From assembly GCF_006345805.1 (NCBI RefSeq), contig NC_043004.1, forward strand, positions 99,758,001 to 99,822,000: a DNA stretch of 64,000 nt, written 5' to 3'. Positions 1 through 11,740 of this stretch are shown piece after piece (the first letter of the stretch is position 1; every line of letters begins with the position of its first letter). The DNA is from Octopus sinensis. Its lineage: Eukaryota. The notes under the pieces are model-generated. The model had not been told where the DNA came from and did no database searches. It saw only the letters and a program-made list of their open reading frames with translations. The position numbers and the translations under genes were made by a program.

Positions 1-169
1 ACTGGTATTTTTATATATGTGTAGCGTTATATGTTAGAGATGTATGTATATTGTTATAATTAATATTTTTATAAATAAATATATAGAGATAATATAATGT
101 CTAAAAGCTGATGAATACCAACTCTTGATCCACTTCATTTTCTTAATGCCGTGTATATCTATCTATCTA

Positions 170-218
<49 letters not shown>

Positions 219-221
219 ATA

Positions 222-384
222 TTTACGGCGAACTTCTTTCAGTTTCCGTCTACCAAATCCACTCACAAAGCTTTGATAGACCCGAGGCTATAGTAGAAGT
301 CACTTGCCCGAGGTGCAGTAGAACTGAACCCAGAACCATGTGAGTGGGGAAGCAAAATTCTTACCACAGAGCCATGCCTGCGCC
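222..384 (-). mobile_element. SINE family A (tRNA-derived, CORE-like), 5' half
   Basis: Reverse complement matches the head of the complete copy at 34178-34605 (tRNA-like head, then gggcaagtgacttctactatagcctcggg...gtgagtggatttggtagacggaaactgaaagaag); ends in (TA)n. Confidence 0.85.
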
Positions 385-569
385 CCGTATATAGCCGATC
401 ACATATACTATCTAAACGCACACATACCGAAGTTCCACAATATAATGATGGCACAGCATTTCATTTCTCTTTTTTTTCTATTGGGAATTTGTCACGTTTA
501 TTGGATCAGCTGGAAATTTCCGAGTGTCAGTAGCAGAGCATTAAAAGTTCTCTTTTAAAAACCGTATGC

Positions 570-1345
570 ACAACTCAAATTTTAGACACAAGGCTCAAAT
601 TTTAGGGGAAGGGGGAGCAGTCGATTAGATCGACTCCAGTATACAATTGGTACTTGATTTATCAACCCCGAAAGGATGAAAGGCAAAGACGATCCCCGCG
701 GAATTTGAACTTAGAATGTAAAGATAGAAAAAATAACGATAAGCGTTTCGCTCGGTGTGCTAACGTTTCTTATTTCTTTATTGCCCACAATGGGAAAAAC
801 ATAGAGAGGACAAACAAGGACAGACAAAGGGATTAAGTCGATTAGATCGATGCCAGTGCGTAACTAGTACTTAATTATCAACCCCGAAAGGATAAAAGGT
901 AAAGTCGACCTCGGCGGAATTTGAACTCAGAACGTAACGGCAGATGAAATACCTATTTCTTTACTACCCACAAGGGGCTAAATACAGAGGGGACAAACAA
1001 GGACAGACAAACGGATTAAGTCGATTAGATCGACGCCAGTGCGTAACTGGTACTTAATTTATCGACCCCGAAAGGATGAAAGGTAAAGTCGACCTCGGCG
1101 GAATTCGAACTCAGAACGTAACGGCAGATGAAATACCTATTTCTTTACTACCCACAAGGGGCTAAATACAGAGGGGACAAACAATGACAGACAAACGGAT
1201 AAATTCGATTATATCGACCCCAGTGCGTAACTGGTACTTAATTTATCGACCCCGAAAGGATGAAAGGCAAAATCGACCTCGGAACGTAGCGTCAGACGAA
1301 ATACGGCTAAGCGTTTCGCTCTGTGTGCTAACGTTTCTGCCAGCT
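570..1345 (-). mobile_element. Head-to-tail array of four SINE family B units
   Basis: Repeated ~183-bp unit (tacctatttctttactacccacaagggg...gtcgacctcggcggaatttgaactcagaacgtaacggcagatgaaa); B-box GAGTTCAAATTCC on the minus strand; head gctggcagaaacgttagcac at ~1325-1345. Confidence 0.9.
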
Positions 1346-1384
1346 AACGGGTTTCAATGGCATATATATTCTCCACCTAGAAGG

Positions 1385-1485
1385 GGCACCGGTCCATTGC
1401 AGGATTACTCATTTTTGGCGGCTGAGTGGACTGGAGCAACATAAAATGAAGTGTTTTGTTCAAGAACACAAAGCTTCGTCCGAAA
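1385..1485 (-). mobile_element. Degenerate SINE-like remnant of a further family
   Basis: Minus strand reads gtgttcttgaacaaaacacttcattttatgttgctccagtccactcagccgccaaaaatgagtaa, resembling a SINE central domain; only one copy in the window. Confidence 0.4.
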
Positions 1486-1930
1486 TATCATAGATATTGT
1501 AGTAGAATTTAAACAGGTAAAATTAAATTTCAACTATGCAATGTAAACTTATCTTTCAATGGCCTAGAAGCATTCTTGGGTGGAATAGTTTTCTCAACAA
1601 TATACATAAGAAATAGAAACATGACATGTTGCTATCTTAATATTTATAGAAATATAAGAAATAATTTACTGAAATAAAGAGGTTGGTGAGTTCTTCGTCA
1701 AAGAGTTGCATTTATTTCCATTGTTGAAGTCTTTGCAGAAAGAGAGAATGAGAGAGGGAGAAATGGAAAGCAAAATGCATGAATGCCACAGATTCTTTTG
1801 TTTCTATTTCGTAAACATTCTCTGCACATTTACATTTGTATGAATAAAATCAATAAATCCAAATTGTGCTCTTTGAACAATAGCAGTTCAGAAACAATTT
1901 CTACATATGCACACTAATAAGAATATATAA

Positions 1931-1990
<60 letters not shown>

Positions 1991-2537
1991 AAATATATTT
2001 ATATGTGTATATTAACATATATATGCAAAAATGTATGTATAAATATATATATGCATATATATACATACACACATATTTAAATAGATTTCTCTCTCTCTCT
2101 CTCTCACTCTGTGTATGTATGGGTCTGTATGCATGTGTGTATGTGTGTCGATGTGCATATGTGTGTATGCACGCTTAGTTGCCTTCCAACACAGCCATTA
2201 ATATCACATATAACAACACGTTTTGTGGTATTTCAAAACTGTAAAACAAATTTTATGAGCAAGGAATATTTCAGCTGTTATAAATTATTATTACTGTAAC
2301 AATTATAACAATTGCTTCGTTTGTTATTGTTGTTCTTGTTGTTGCTGCAGCTGTTGTTGTTACTCTGCAGTTACACATCGTTTATTGAAATGTAAAAGAA
2401 AAACATTTCTCTATTTTGCAACACAAAAATGATTTTTAATGGCAAAATAGATACATAACTTTTGTTTATATGCATATATATATACATGCATTGTATATAC
2501 ATACATATATATATATACATATATATATACATATATG

Positions 2538-2571
<34 letters not shown>

Positions 2572-2699
2572 CAAATATTTGTAAATATATATAGGTATAT
2601 GTATATATGTATATAGTATATAGATATGTCTAAACATACATGCTCATATATATATATATATACTATAATATATATAATATTATATATATATATATATAC

Positions 2700-3688
2700 A
2701 TATATAGATACATATATAGACAATATATATACACATCACACACACAAGCGCGCCTATATATATGTGTATGTATGTATGTAGCGAAGCATAATTTGCGTAC
2801 GTTTGCTCGTATATTTATGTTGCGCTGCTGCGAGCGTGTTTACGTGCAGAATGCATGCGTGTTGTGGTACAAATGGCTTGCGAGCTATTGTTTAATCTAC
2901 AGAAGTACTGAAAGACGTCTTTATTGAAATATGTATAATAAGCATATAAATCTCACACCTCACACCACTAGTACGTACGTACGCGTTCTTCTATGCCTAC
3001 ACATCTATTCCGTCAATGCCCATATATATATATATGTGTGCGTGTATAGTTTGTGTTCATGTAAATCATGATATATATTACGCATTCAGTACGTGTGATT
3101 TTATATGTGAATCTGACCTACAATAGTGCATCTATTTGTATATTTCAATGGAAAATTGGAATGAAATCGAATCACTTTTCATACATGATAATGGTTTAAC
3201 ATCTCAAGAAATGTCTACGAGACATTGTTTGTTCCTTGTGGCTATTGATCTCTAAGGTTTTTAATGTCTCTGTCTTATTCAACGAAGTAGGACTTGATTC
3301 TCTTATAACGGCAAGACTTTCAGAAATTCACTCATTCGCCTACTCTCCTTCTGTGCCATGTACCCCTCTTCTGCCCTTCTTTATTTCCTTCTCTTGCCCT
3401 CTCGCTCTCTCTCTCTCTCTCTGTCACTCCCCCTGTCACCACGTCACTGCAGAGCCACGTTGTTGTTATTACTAATGTTACTTCAATAAAATTGCTAATC
3501 CAAATAATGCACACATATGTATTTCATGTGTGCGTGAGTGTGTGTGTGTATGTGTCTGTGTATGTGTGTGCGTGCGCAGTGTCTGTATATGTATGTATGT
3601 ATGTATGCTTGTATGCATGTATATGTTCCTGAGTAAATTTTATATATATTATATAAATATATACACACACACACACATACATACATAA

Positions 3689-3719
<31 letters not shown>

Positions 3720-4336
3720 GTGTGTGTGTGTATATGGTGATGTGCATATGTGGGCGTGTGGGTGTATATATTATATGCGTACGACATCTTTAGATAATGA
3801 TATGAAACGTAAAAGTTGCTTCAAATTGTTTTTAAATACGTGTAACGCCAGCCAAATATGATTAACGCACTTTGGCTGTAGTTGATATAAAATAAATAAT
3901 ATAATAATAATAATAACAACAACAACAACGACAACAACAACAACAACAACACAATAATATAATAATAATAATATAATAATAATAAAATAATAATAAATAT
4001 GCAGATGTAAAGATTGAGAGAGTATTACTTCTGGGTGCACATGTTCCGTTTAGGGTTAATTCATTGAAACGCTGTTTTGTATGACAATTCTGAACAAACG
4101 ATCCCCCATAATATTTTCTACAATGCTCTTATATTTTCTCTAGTTTGTTTGATTACCAAAATACGGTGATTATCATCAAATATATATAATAGATATATAT
4201 ATATAGTATATATATAAGCCTACTCGCTTAGCCAGCGGGGTGGCGCCATTTCAAGGGTAAAACAATACGAAGCGCATTGTGACTAGCGATGCGTACCAAC
4301 ATCTGATAACCCGGTTCGGTCACGTGACGCCAGGTG

Positions 4337-4418
<82 letters not shown>

Positions 4419-5411
4419 TATATACATATATATACAATATATATATACACATACACACACACACGCGCGCCTATATATATGTGTATGTATGTATGTAGCG
4501 AAGCATATATTTGCGTACGTTTGCTCGTATATTTATGTTGCTGCCGAAGCGTCTTTACGTGCAGAATGCATGCGTGTTGTGGTACAAATGGCTGCGAGCT
4601 ATTGTTTAATCTACAGAAGTACTGAAAGACGTCTTTATTGAAATATGTATAATAAGCATATAAATCTCACACACTCACAACCACTAGTACGTACGTAGCG
4701 TTCTTCTATGCCTACACATATATATCCGTCAATGCCCATATATATATATATATGTGTGCGTGTATATGTTTGTGTTCATGTATAATCATGAATATATATT
4801 ACGCATTCAGTACGTGTGATTTTATATGTGAATCTGACCTACAATAGTGCATCTATTTGTATATTTCAATGGAAAATTGGAATGAAATCGAATCATACTT
4901 TCATACATGATAATGGTTTAACATCTCAAGGAAAATGTCTACGAGACATTGTTTGTTCCTTGTGGCTATTGATCTCTAAGGTTTTAATGGTCTCTGTCTT
5001 ATTCAACGAAGTAGGACTTGATTCTCTTATAACGGCAAGACTTTCAGAAATTCACTCATTCGCCTACTCTCCTTCTGTGCCAGTGTACCCCCTCTCTGGC
5101 CTTCTTTATTTCCTTCTCTTGCCCTCTCTCTCTCTCTCTCTCTCTCTGTCACTCCCCCTGTCACCACGTCACTGCAGCCACGTTGTTGTTATTACTAATG
5201 TTACTTCAATAAAATTGCTAATCTCAAATAATGCACACATATGTATGTTCATGTATGCGTGAGTGTGTGTGTGTATGTGTCTGTGTATGTGTGTGCGTGC
5301 GCAAGTGTCTGTATATGTATGTATGTATGTATGCTTGTATGCATGTATATGTTCCTGAGTAAATTTTATATATAATTATATAAATATATACACACACACA
5401 CACATACATAC

Positions 5412-5454
<43 letters not shown>

Positions 5455-5680
5455 TATATGGTGATGTGCATATGTGGGCGTGTGGGTGTATATATTATAT
5501 GCGTACGACATCTTTAGATAATGATATGAAACGTAAAAGTGCTTCAAATTGTTTTTAAATACGTGTAACGCCAGCCAAATATGATTAACGCTACTTTGGC
5601 TTGTAGTGATATAAAATAATAATAATAATAATAATAATAACAACAACAACAACGACAACAACAACAACAACAACAACAAC

Positions 5681-5717
<37 letters not shown>

Positions 5718-5905
5718 TAATAATAAATATGCAGATGTAAAGATTGAGAGAGTATTACCTCTGGTGCACGTGTTCCGTTTAGGGTTAATTCATTGAAACG
5801 CTGTTTTGTATAACAATTCTGAACAAACGATCCCCCATAATATTTTCTACAATGCTCTTATATTTTCTTCTAGTTTGTTTGATTACCAAAATACGGTGAT
5901 TATAT

Positions 5906-5982
<77 letters not shown>

Positions 5983-6100
5983 CCTACTCGCTTAGCCAGC
6001 GGGGTGGCGCCATTTCAGGGTAAAACAATACGAAGCGCATTGTGACTAGCGATGCGTACCAACATCTGATAACCCGGTCGGTCACGTGACGTCACGTGAT
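2700..6100. repeat. Tandem duplication, ~1.7 kb unit (about 2700-4340 and 4420-6100)
   Basis: Near-identical unique sequence at an offset of ~1720-1760 bp; differences are mostly single-base indels and microsatellite length; junction lies in (TA)n. Confidence 0.95.
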
Positions 6101-6794
6101 TATATATATATATATTTATACATATATATACACAAACATTTATCTTAAACATTATTCATACATAAATACACACATACACACACACATATATATATCTATA
6201 TATTTGTGTACGACAAAATAATATATACCCGAAACATTTTTTTGATACTCTTTTTTTATATTTCTCTTCCAAAAATCGTACCACCTAATATATATACCGA
6301 TAAGTGCTTTTTTCTCGATACGCTTATTTCTCATGTGAAGTTAAAGCCATGATTTTTTCCAGAACGTATTTGTACATAATTCTGTTTTTTATTTATTTTC
6401 TGTTTCACATAAATTTAGTCCCAGAGCGTTATCCAATACTGATTTCTGTTTCATATCAGCCTCTTTTGTCACACATATAATCTCTGTTGCATATATAATC
6501 TTGGTTCCTCATACATTTTATGAAAACCTTTATTTTTACTCTGTACGTTTTTCTGGGTTTTTTTAATTCTGATTCTAAAATTTTAGAGCGACAAAACTGC
6601 AATAAACAATATTACTTAACCTACCTTATTTTACATCTTGTAATGTGTACTTTTCACACTGTTTTGTGTATGTACCACCGTGTATTTAGTTTCATAATTC
6701 ATGATATTGTATGGAATAACAGACGCACAGTATTGTTAGAACAGCCCGTAAAATGGCTTGAATTGTTTATTCTAGCATCTTACATCCTGAGTTG

Positions 6795-7060
6795 AAAATC
6801 TGCAGAGGTCAATGCTTGATGACTCCAGTAGGGGATGATAAAAAAAAGAGCAAAAACACGTCTCAAGTACTGAAGGCGATGATAATGATTAACCCATATC
6901 CTTCAAAACTGTTGGCTTTTTGCCTAAATTGGAAGCAATCGTTTCAATAATTGTGTTTTGGATTGGCAGAATCGTTAAAGTGTCAGAAAAAGTTTCTTGC
7001 GTTATTTGTTTCATTTCTTTATATTCTACATTCGAATCCCGCAGATGTCGCCGATCAACC
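6795..7060 (+). mobile_element. Two degenerate SINE-B-like remnants
   Basis: Tail-like gttggctttttgcctaaattggaagc and head-like gattggcagaatcgttaaagtgtcag...ttcgaatcccgcag. Confidence 0.4.
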
Positions 7061-7289
7061 GCCAGTAGTTTGTAAATATAGTATCAGTTTTGTACTGGTA
7101 TCGGTGTAATCGCGCACATCAAAATTACTCACACATCAAAAGACTTGGCCTTGGGCCAAGTATTTCAAGATTGAATACATCTATCTGTATATGTATGAAT
7201 ATATGCATACATCTGACAGCGAATGATCGATTTTCTCTCTTTCTTTCGCTGTCTCTCACTCTCACTTTCTCTCTCTCCCCTTCACACTC

Positions 7290-7362
<73 letters not shown>

Positions 7363-7558
7363 ATATCTATCTATTTGTAAGATTCGTCTGCTGAACATAT
7401 AACAGAAAGAGGGAGAGAGAAATAGAGAAAGAAAGGAAAACAGATTGGGAGAAGGATTATCTGTCTATTTCTCTGTCTTTCGGCCTCTCTCTCTCTCTGT
7501 CTCTCTGTCTGTCTCTGTCTGTATGCCTTTCCTCTCTTTCTCTTTCTCTCCCTCTCTT

Positions 7559-7589
<31 letters not shown>

Positions 7590-7679
7590 ATATGTATATA
7601 TACATAATTATATATTTATGTATATATATATAATGTATATATATATATATACATATACGCGTATATATATATGTAAATA

Positions 7680-7758
<79 letters not shown>

Positions 7759-7769
7759 CATACAGATAT

Positions 7770-8490
7770 ACTGGGTTTTAGACAAACTTAATTTTGAAAT
7801 TGTCTATAAAATTTTCATAATTTTGAAATGTATATAAAACCGTCAACATCTCGTTTATTTTTATGTTTTTTTATTCATTGTTAGTGGTGCTTTATATGTT
7901 TTGCTAAACTTGCTGTTTGTTGTCAGATGTCCTCAGAAAAAGGTAATTAAAATTTATTAAAATTACTGATCTATCGGACTTTCAAAGATGTCAAATTGTT
8001 GGTGCTCGGATGGCAGGTGCTAGCATAACGAAAATAGTCGAAATGTTTGGTGTATCAAGAAGTACCGTCTCCAAAGTAATGACAGCCTTTGAGAAAGATG
8101 GGAAAACCTCCTCATCGAAACAAAAATCTGGAAGAAAACAAAACTTTCGGATAGGGACCGTCGGACAATTATGCCAATTGTTAGAAAGGATCAAAGAAGT
8201 ACAGCTCCCAAAATTACTGCAGAGCCTAATGACCAACTTTAGAATCCAGTTTCCACAAAAACTGTTCACCAAGAGCAGCACATAGCCGGATTTCACAGGA
8301 GGGCTGCAATCAGAAAACCACTACTTTCAAAAACAAACGTTGTAAAGCGTTAAGAGCGGAGTGAAAACCTACGGAATTGATCCCTAGAGCAGTGGAAGAA
8401 TATTTTTTCTCGAGCGAGTCATCTTTTACCGTATTTCCGACCACCAGCCGAGTATACGTGTGGAGACAGTCAAAAGAAGCATTTGACCCC
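7770..8490 (+). mobile_element. Tc1-family DNA transposon, 3'-truncated pseudogene (transposase about 7962-8490)
   Basis: Translation DLSDFQRCQIVGARMAGASITKIVEMFGVSRSTVSKVM...KSGRK (paired-like HTH). After frameshifts: RDRRTIMPIVRKDQRSTAPKITAE, GFHRRAAIRKPLLSKTNVVKR and WKNIFFSSESSFTVFPTTSRVYVWRQSKEAFDP (first catalytic D region). Cut off by the PLE terminus. Confidence 0.92.
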
Positions 8491-8504
8491 TTTGTGTATG
8501 TAAA

Positions 8505-9690
8505 CATATATATAACGGGAAGCTTTATGAAAATAGACAAAAGACGAAGGCAGGTGGGAAACAAACAAACAATTGTATTAGTATGGCGCTCAGGAAATAT
8601 AAATAAAACAAGTCTTTAACGTTTCGAGCCTACGCTCTTCAACAGAAAGATACACAGAGAGAAAAAAACACAGAAAGAAGGAGAGAAAAAAAATGCGTGC
8701 AGTAACTAACGAATCAACATGGCGATCTGATTTCGGCCAGAGGTCAAAGATCAAACATGAGACGCGAGAGCGAAATAAGGGGAGATAATAGGGTTGATAA
8801 TAGGGTTGAATGACCAGCTATTAGTGCGTATGAGAGGTCTGGACGTGTGATGTATAGGGTTGGTGTATGTATAAGGGTGTTGTGTGTTGTGGGTGTGTGT
8901 ATGAGAGAGTATTAGTGCGTATGAGAGGTCTGGACGTGCGTATGTATAGGGTTGGTGTATGTATTAGTATGTATTAGTATGTATTAGTACGTATTAGTAT
9001 GATATGTGTGTGTGTTATGAGGAGTATAAGTGCGTATTGAGAGTCTGGAAGTGTGTTATGTATAGTTTGGTTGTATGTATTAGTATGTATTATATAGTAG
9101 TATGTAGTAGTATGTATTAGTGGTGTAGGTATAGTAGGGCACATCAATAGATGTGATGGTAAGTCGGTGGTGTAGGGAGAGAGGAGAAGAGGGGCAGGGG
9201 GGAGAGGGGAGAAGAGGGGCAGGGGAGGGGGGGGGAGGAGATGAGGGGGATAAGGAAGGGGAGGAGGAGGGGAGGAGGAAAGGAGAAAGAGGGAGAGGGG
9301 GAGAGAGAAGGGGAGGGAGGGGAGCGAGGAAGGGGAAGAGGGAAAGAGGGAGGGAGAAAGAGGGAGAAGGGAAGGGGAGTAGGGGTTTGAAAGGATGAAG
9401 ACTGAAGAAGTAGGGGTCGGGGGGGAAGGATAGGTGAGGAGCGGGGAGAGGGGGTTAGATAAGGAAGGGGGACAGTTGAGACCAAATGGCGTATAAGAGC
9501 GAAGAGAGAAGATTAATTCCTGTTCACGGCGCAAACGGGAATCCGGATGGCCTCTGTGTAAGGACAAACCGAACACAGATAGGTGTTGCAAGGAGTGACC
9601 GGTGGAGCGGAAATGGCGTGAGACCGGTGTGTCGTTCGCAAGGTGGATGTCACGAAGGTGTTCCGCGAACCGGTCAGCCAAGCGGCATAT
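8505..9690 (-). mobile_element. Penelope-like retroelement, 5'-truncated: GIY-YIG endonuclease C-terminus (about 9470-9685), pyrimidine-rich 3' region and pLTR
   Basis: Minus-strand translation LADRFAEHLRDIHLANDTPVSRHFRSTGHSLQHLSVFGLSLHRGHPDSRLRREQELIFSLRSYTPFGLN fits the PLE GIY-YIG C-terminal pattern (R.F.EH...V..HF...H...R...E...I..L....P.GLN). Both ends abut TA runs; terminal segment recurs at 52842-53046. Confidence 0.88.
8613..8650 (-). ncRNA. Minimal type-I hammerhead-ribozyme-like motif with variant core, in PLE terminus
   Basis: UCUUU-CUGUUGA-A-GAGC-GUAG-GCUC-GAAA-CG-UU-AAAGA: 5-bp stem I, 4-bp stem II, GAAA and palindromic ACGU stem III. Confidence 0.6.
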
Positions 9691-9844
9691 ATATGTTTTG
9701 TATTTAATAATCTATTTATATCGACCTTCCTAGCTTGCTAATCCTTACATATGTGTGTGTGTCTGTTTGTCTGTGTCTGTATGTGTATCTATCTACCTGT
9801 CTATTTATCTACCTATCTATCTATATCTACATATAAACTTGTGT

Positions 9845-10085
9845 GTGTTTGTGTCTGTGTATGTCACCCACCGCCTTTTCACAACCAACGTTGGTGTACT
9901 TAACAGTTCGTTAAGTTGGTTACTTAGCAGTTCGACATCAAAGTTCGATAAAATAAGTACCAGTTTTAAAAAAACAAAAAACAAAAAAAAAACTGGCGTC
10001 GATTCATTCGTCAAAAACCCAACATTCTTCAGGGCGATGTCACCGTATGGCCGCAGTCTAATGACTGAAACAAATAGAAGATTAC
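9845..10085 (+). mobile_element. SINE family A-like 3' half, diverged
   Basis: tgtgtttgtgtctgtg...ttcacaaccaacgttggtg...agttcg...gataaaataagtacc...tatggccgcagtctaatgactgaaacaaatagaag matches the family A tail. Confidence 0.75.
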
Positions 10086-10313
10086 AGATTATGTACATAA
10101 GATTTTAAATTCGCATACAAGAGAAAATGTACTCATTGCTGACAAATACTGTAAATGTTCATATGTTCATTATCGTGCTGGAATTAACTGTCTTGCTTTA
10201 GACGTTTCGTGAGTTCTGAATGACTGAGAACAATCATGCAAGAGTAGTTGATTAGTGGCATACACTCTGATGAAAAAAGGAAACTCAGGTTCGCAAAGGG
10301 GTGCAGTGTATGT

Positions 10314-10344
<31 letters not shown>

Positions 10345-11644
10345 GCATGCAGATACATATAAATAAATATATATATATATATATATATGCACACATATTT
10401 AAACACACACACACACATATATATATATACGTGTGTTTATATTCATATGTGTATACATATATATATATGTATGTGTGTGTGTGTATGTATATATATATAA
10501 TGTGTGTGTATGTATATATATATAATGTGTGTGTGTGTGTGTATGTATGTATGCATACATATATATATATATACGGATATATTTATATATGCACTCACAC
10601 ACACATATATGTATATATGTTTGTTTGGATTTATATATATATATATAAATATATATATATAGAGAGAGAGAGAAAGAGAAAATTGGAGAGAAAGAAAGTG
10701 AGAGGGAGAGAAAGTGAGATATATAGTGATATAAGAATGATTCATAGAGAGAGAGATGCATATATATACATATATATACATATATAAAACATATTTATAT
10801 ACGGAAGATATATGCGTTTGTGTATTTGTGCTTATATCTGATTATAAGTGTATGCATCGTATGTGTTTAGGAAGAGATGTTAATGTACCAAAGATAAAAC
10901 TGATTCCCTCCTTACCTTGAAGGTTATAGAATACGGATATATAATAAAAAGAGAAAAATAAAAGGATAAATTGGAGCATGGCTTTAGAAATGGTTTCTTT
11001 AAAAGCATCATTCAAAAACTGAAGAACCTAGTAGTTTCCTTTGCAGTGAATGGTTTCTTGATATGAAAGTGTTTTAGCAACATTTTCTTCTAGGCTTTTT
11101 CTCTTTCAAACAGACACAAACTTAAACCCACCCACATACATTCAGGTTCAGGTATATGTATGTATATGTACGTGTGTGCTTCCGTGCTTCCTTAGTTAGG
11201 TATACACACACACAGACACAAACACATACACACACATACTCATACGCGCACACATATATGTATATATAAGAAAAAAGAGAGGGAAAGCGATTTTGTCGTA
11301 TCTATGTGTATGTGGATGTAGTATAAACATGCATATATGCATGCATCCACATAAATGTAGATATATACATATGCATACATATCATACTTGCACACGCGAC
11401 ACCATATACAGAAATAAGTGTGTGCATGTATGTATACATTTATGTATGTATTTATATGTATATATATATATATATATATGTATACGTATGTATATGTATA
11501 TATACACTTATATATACATACCCAGACACACTCACACACACACATATATATACATTTATATACGCATATATACATACATATATATACATATATGTGTACA
11601 TATATGTACATATATACGTATATATGTGTACTTATATATATATT

Positions 11645-11740
<96 letters not shown>

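Noticed and set aside
570-1345. Regularly spaced repeats superficially like a CRISPR array
   Set aside because: Units are ~183-bp SINE segments with no unique spacers and no cas genes, in a eukaryotic context.
7143-7161. GC-rich hairpin ACTTGGCC-ttg-GGCCAAGT, possible Helitron 3' end
   Set aside because: No downstream CTRR terminus and no second copy in the window.
10192-10242. Possible hammerhead on the minus strand (GAAACGUC with a GUUCU/AGAAC stem)
   Set aside because: The CUGANGA half is missing (AUGAUUG) and stem I is out of register; at best a decayed relic.
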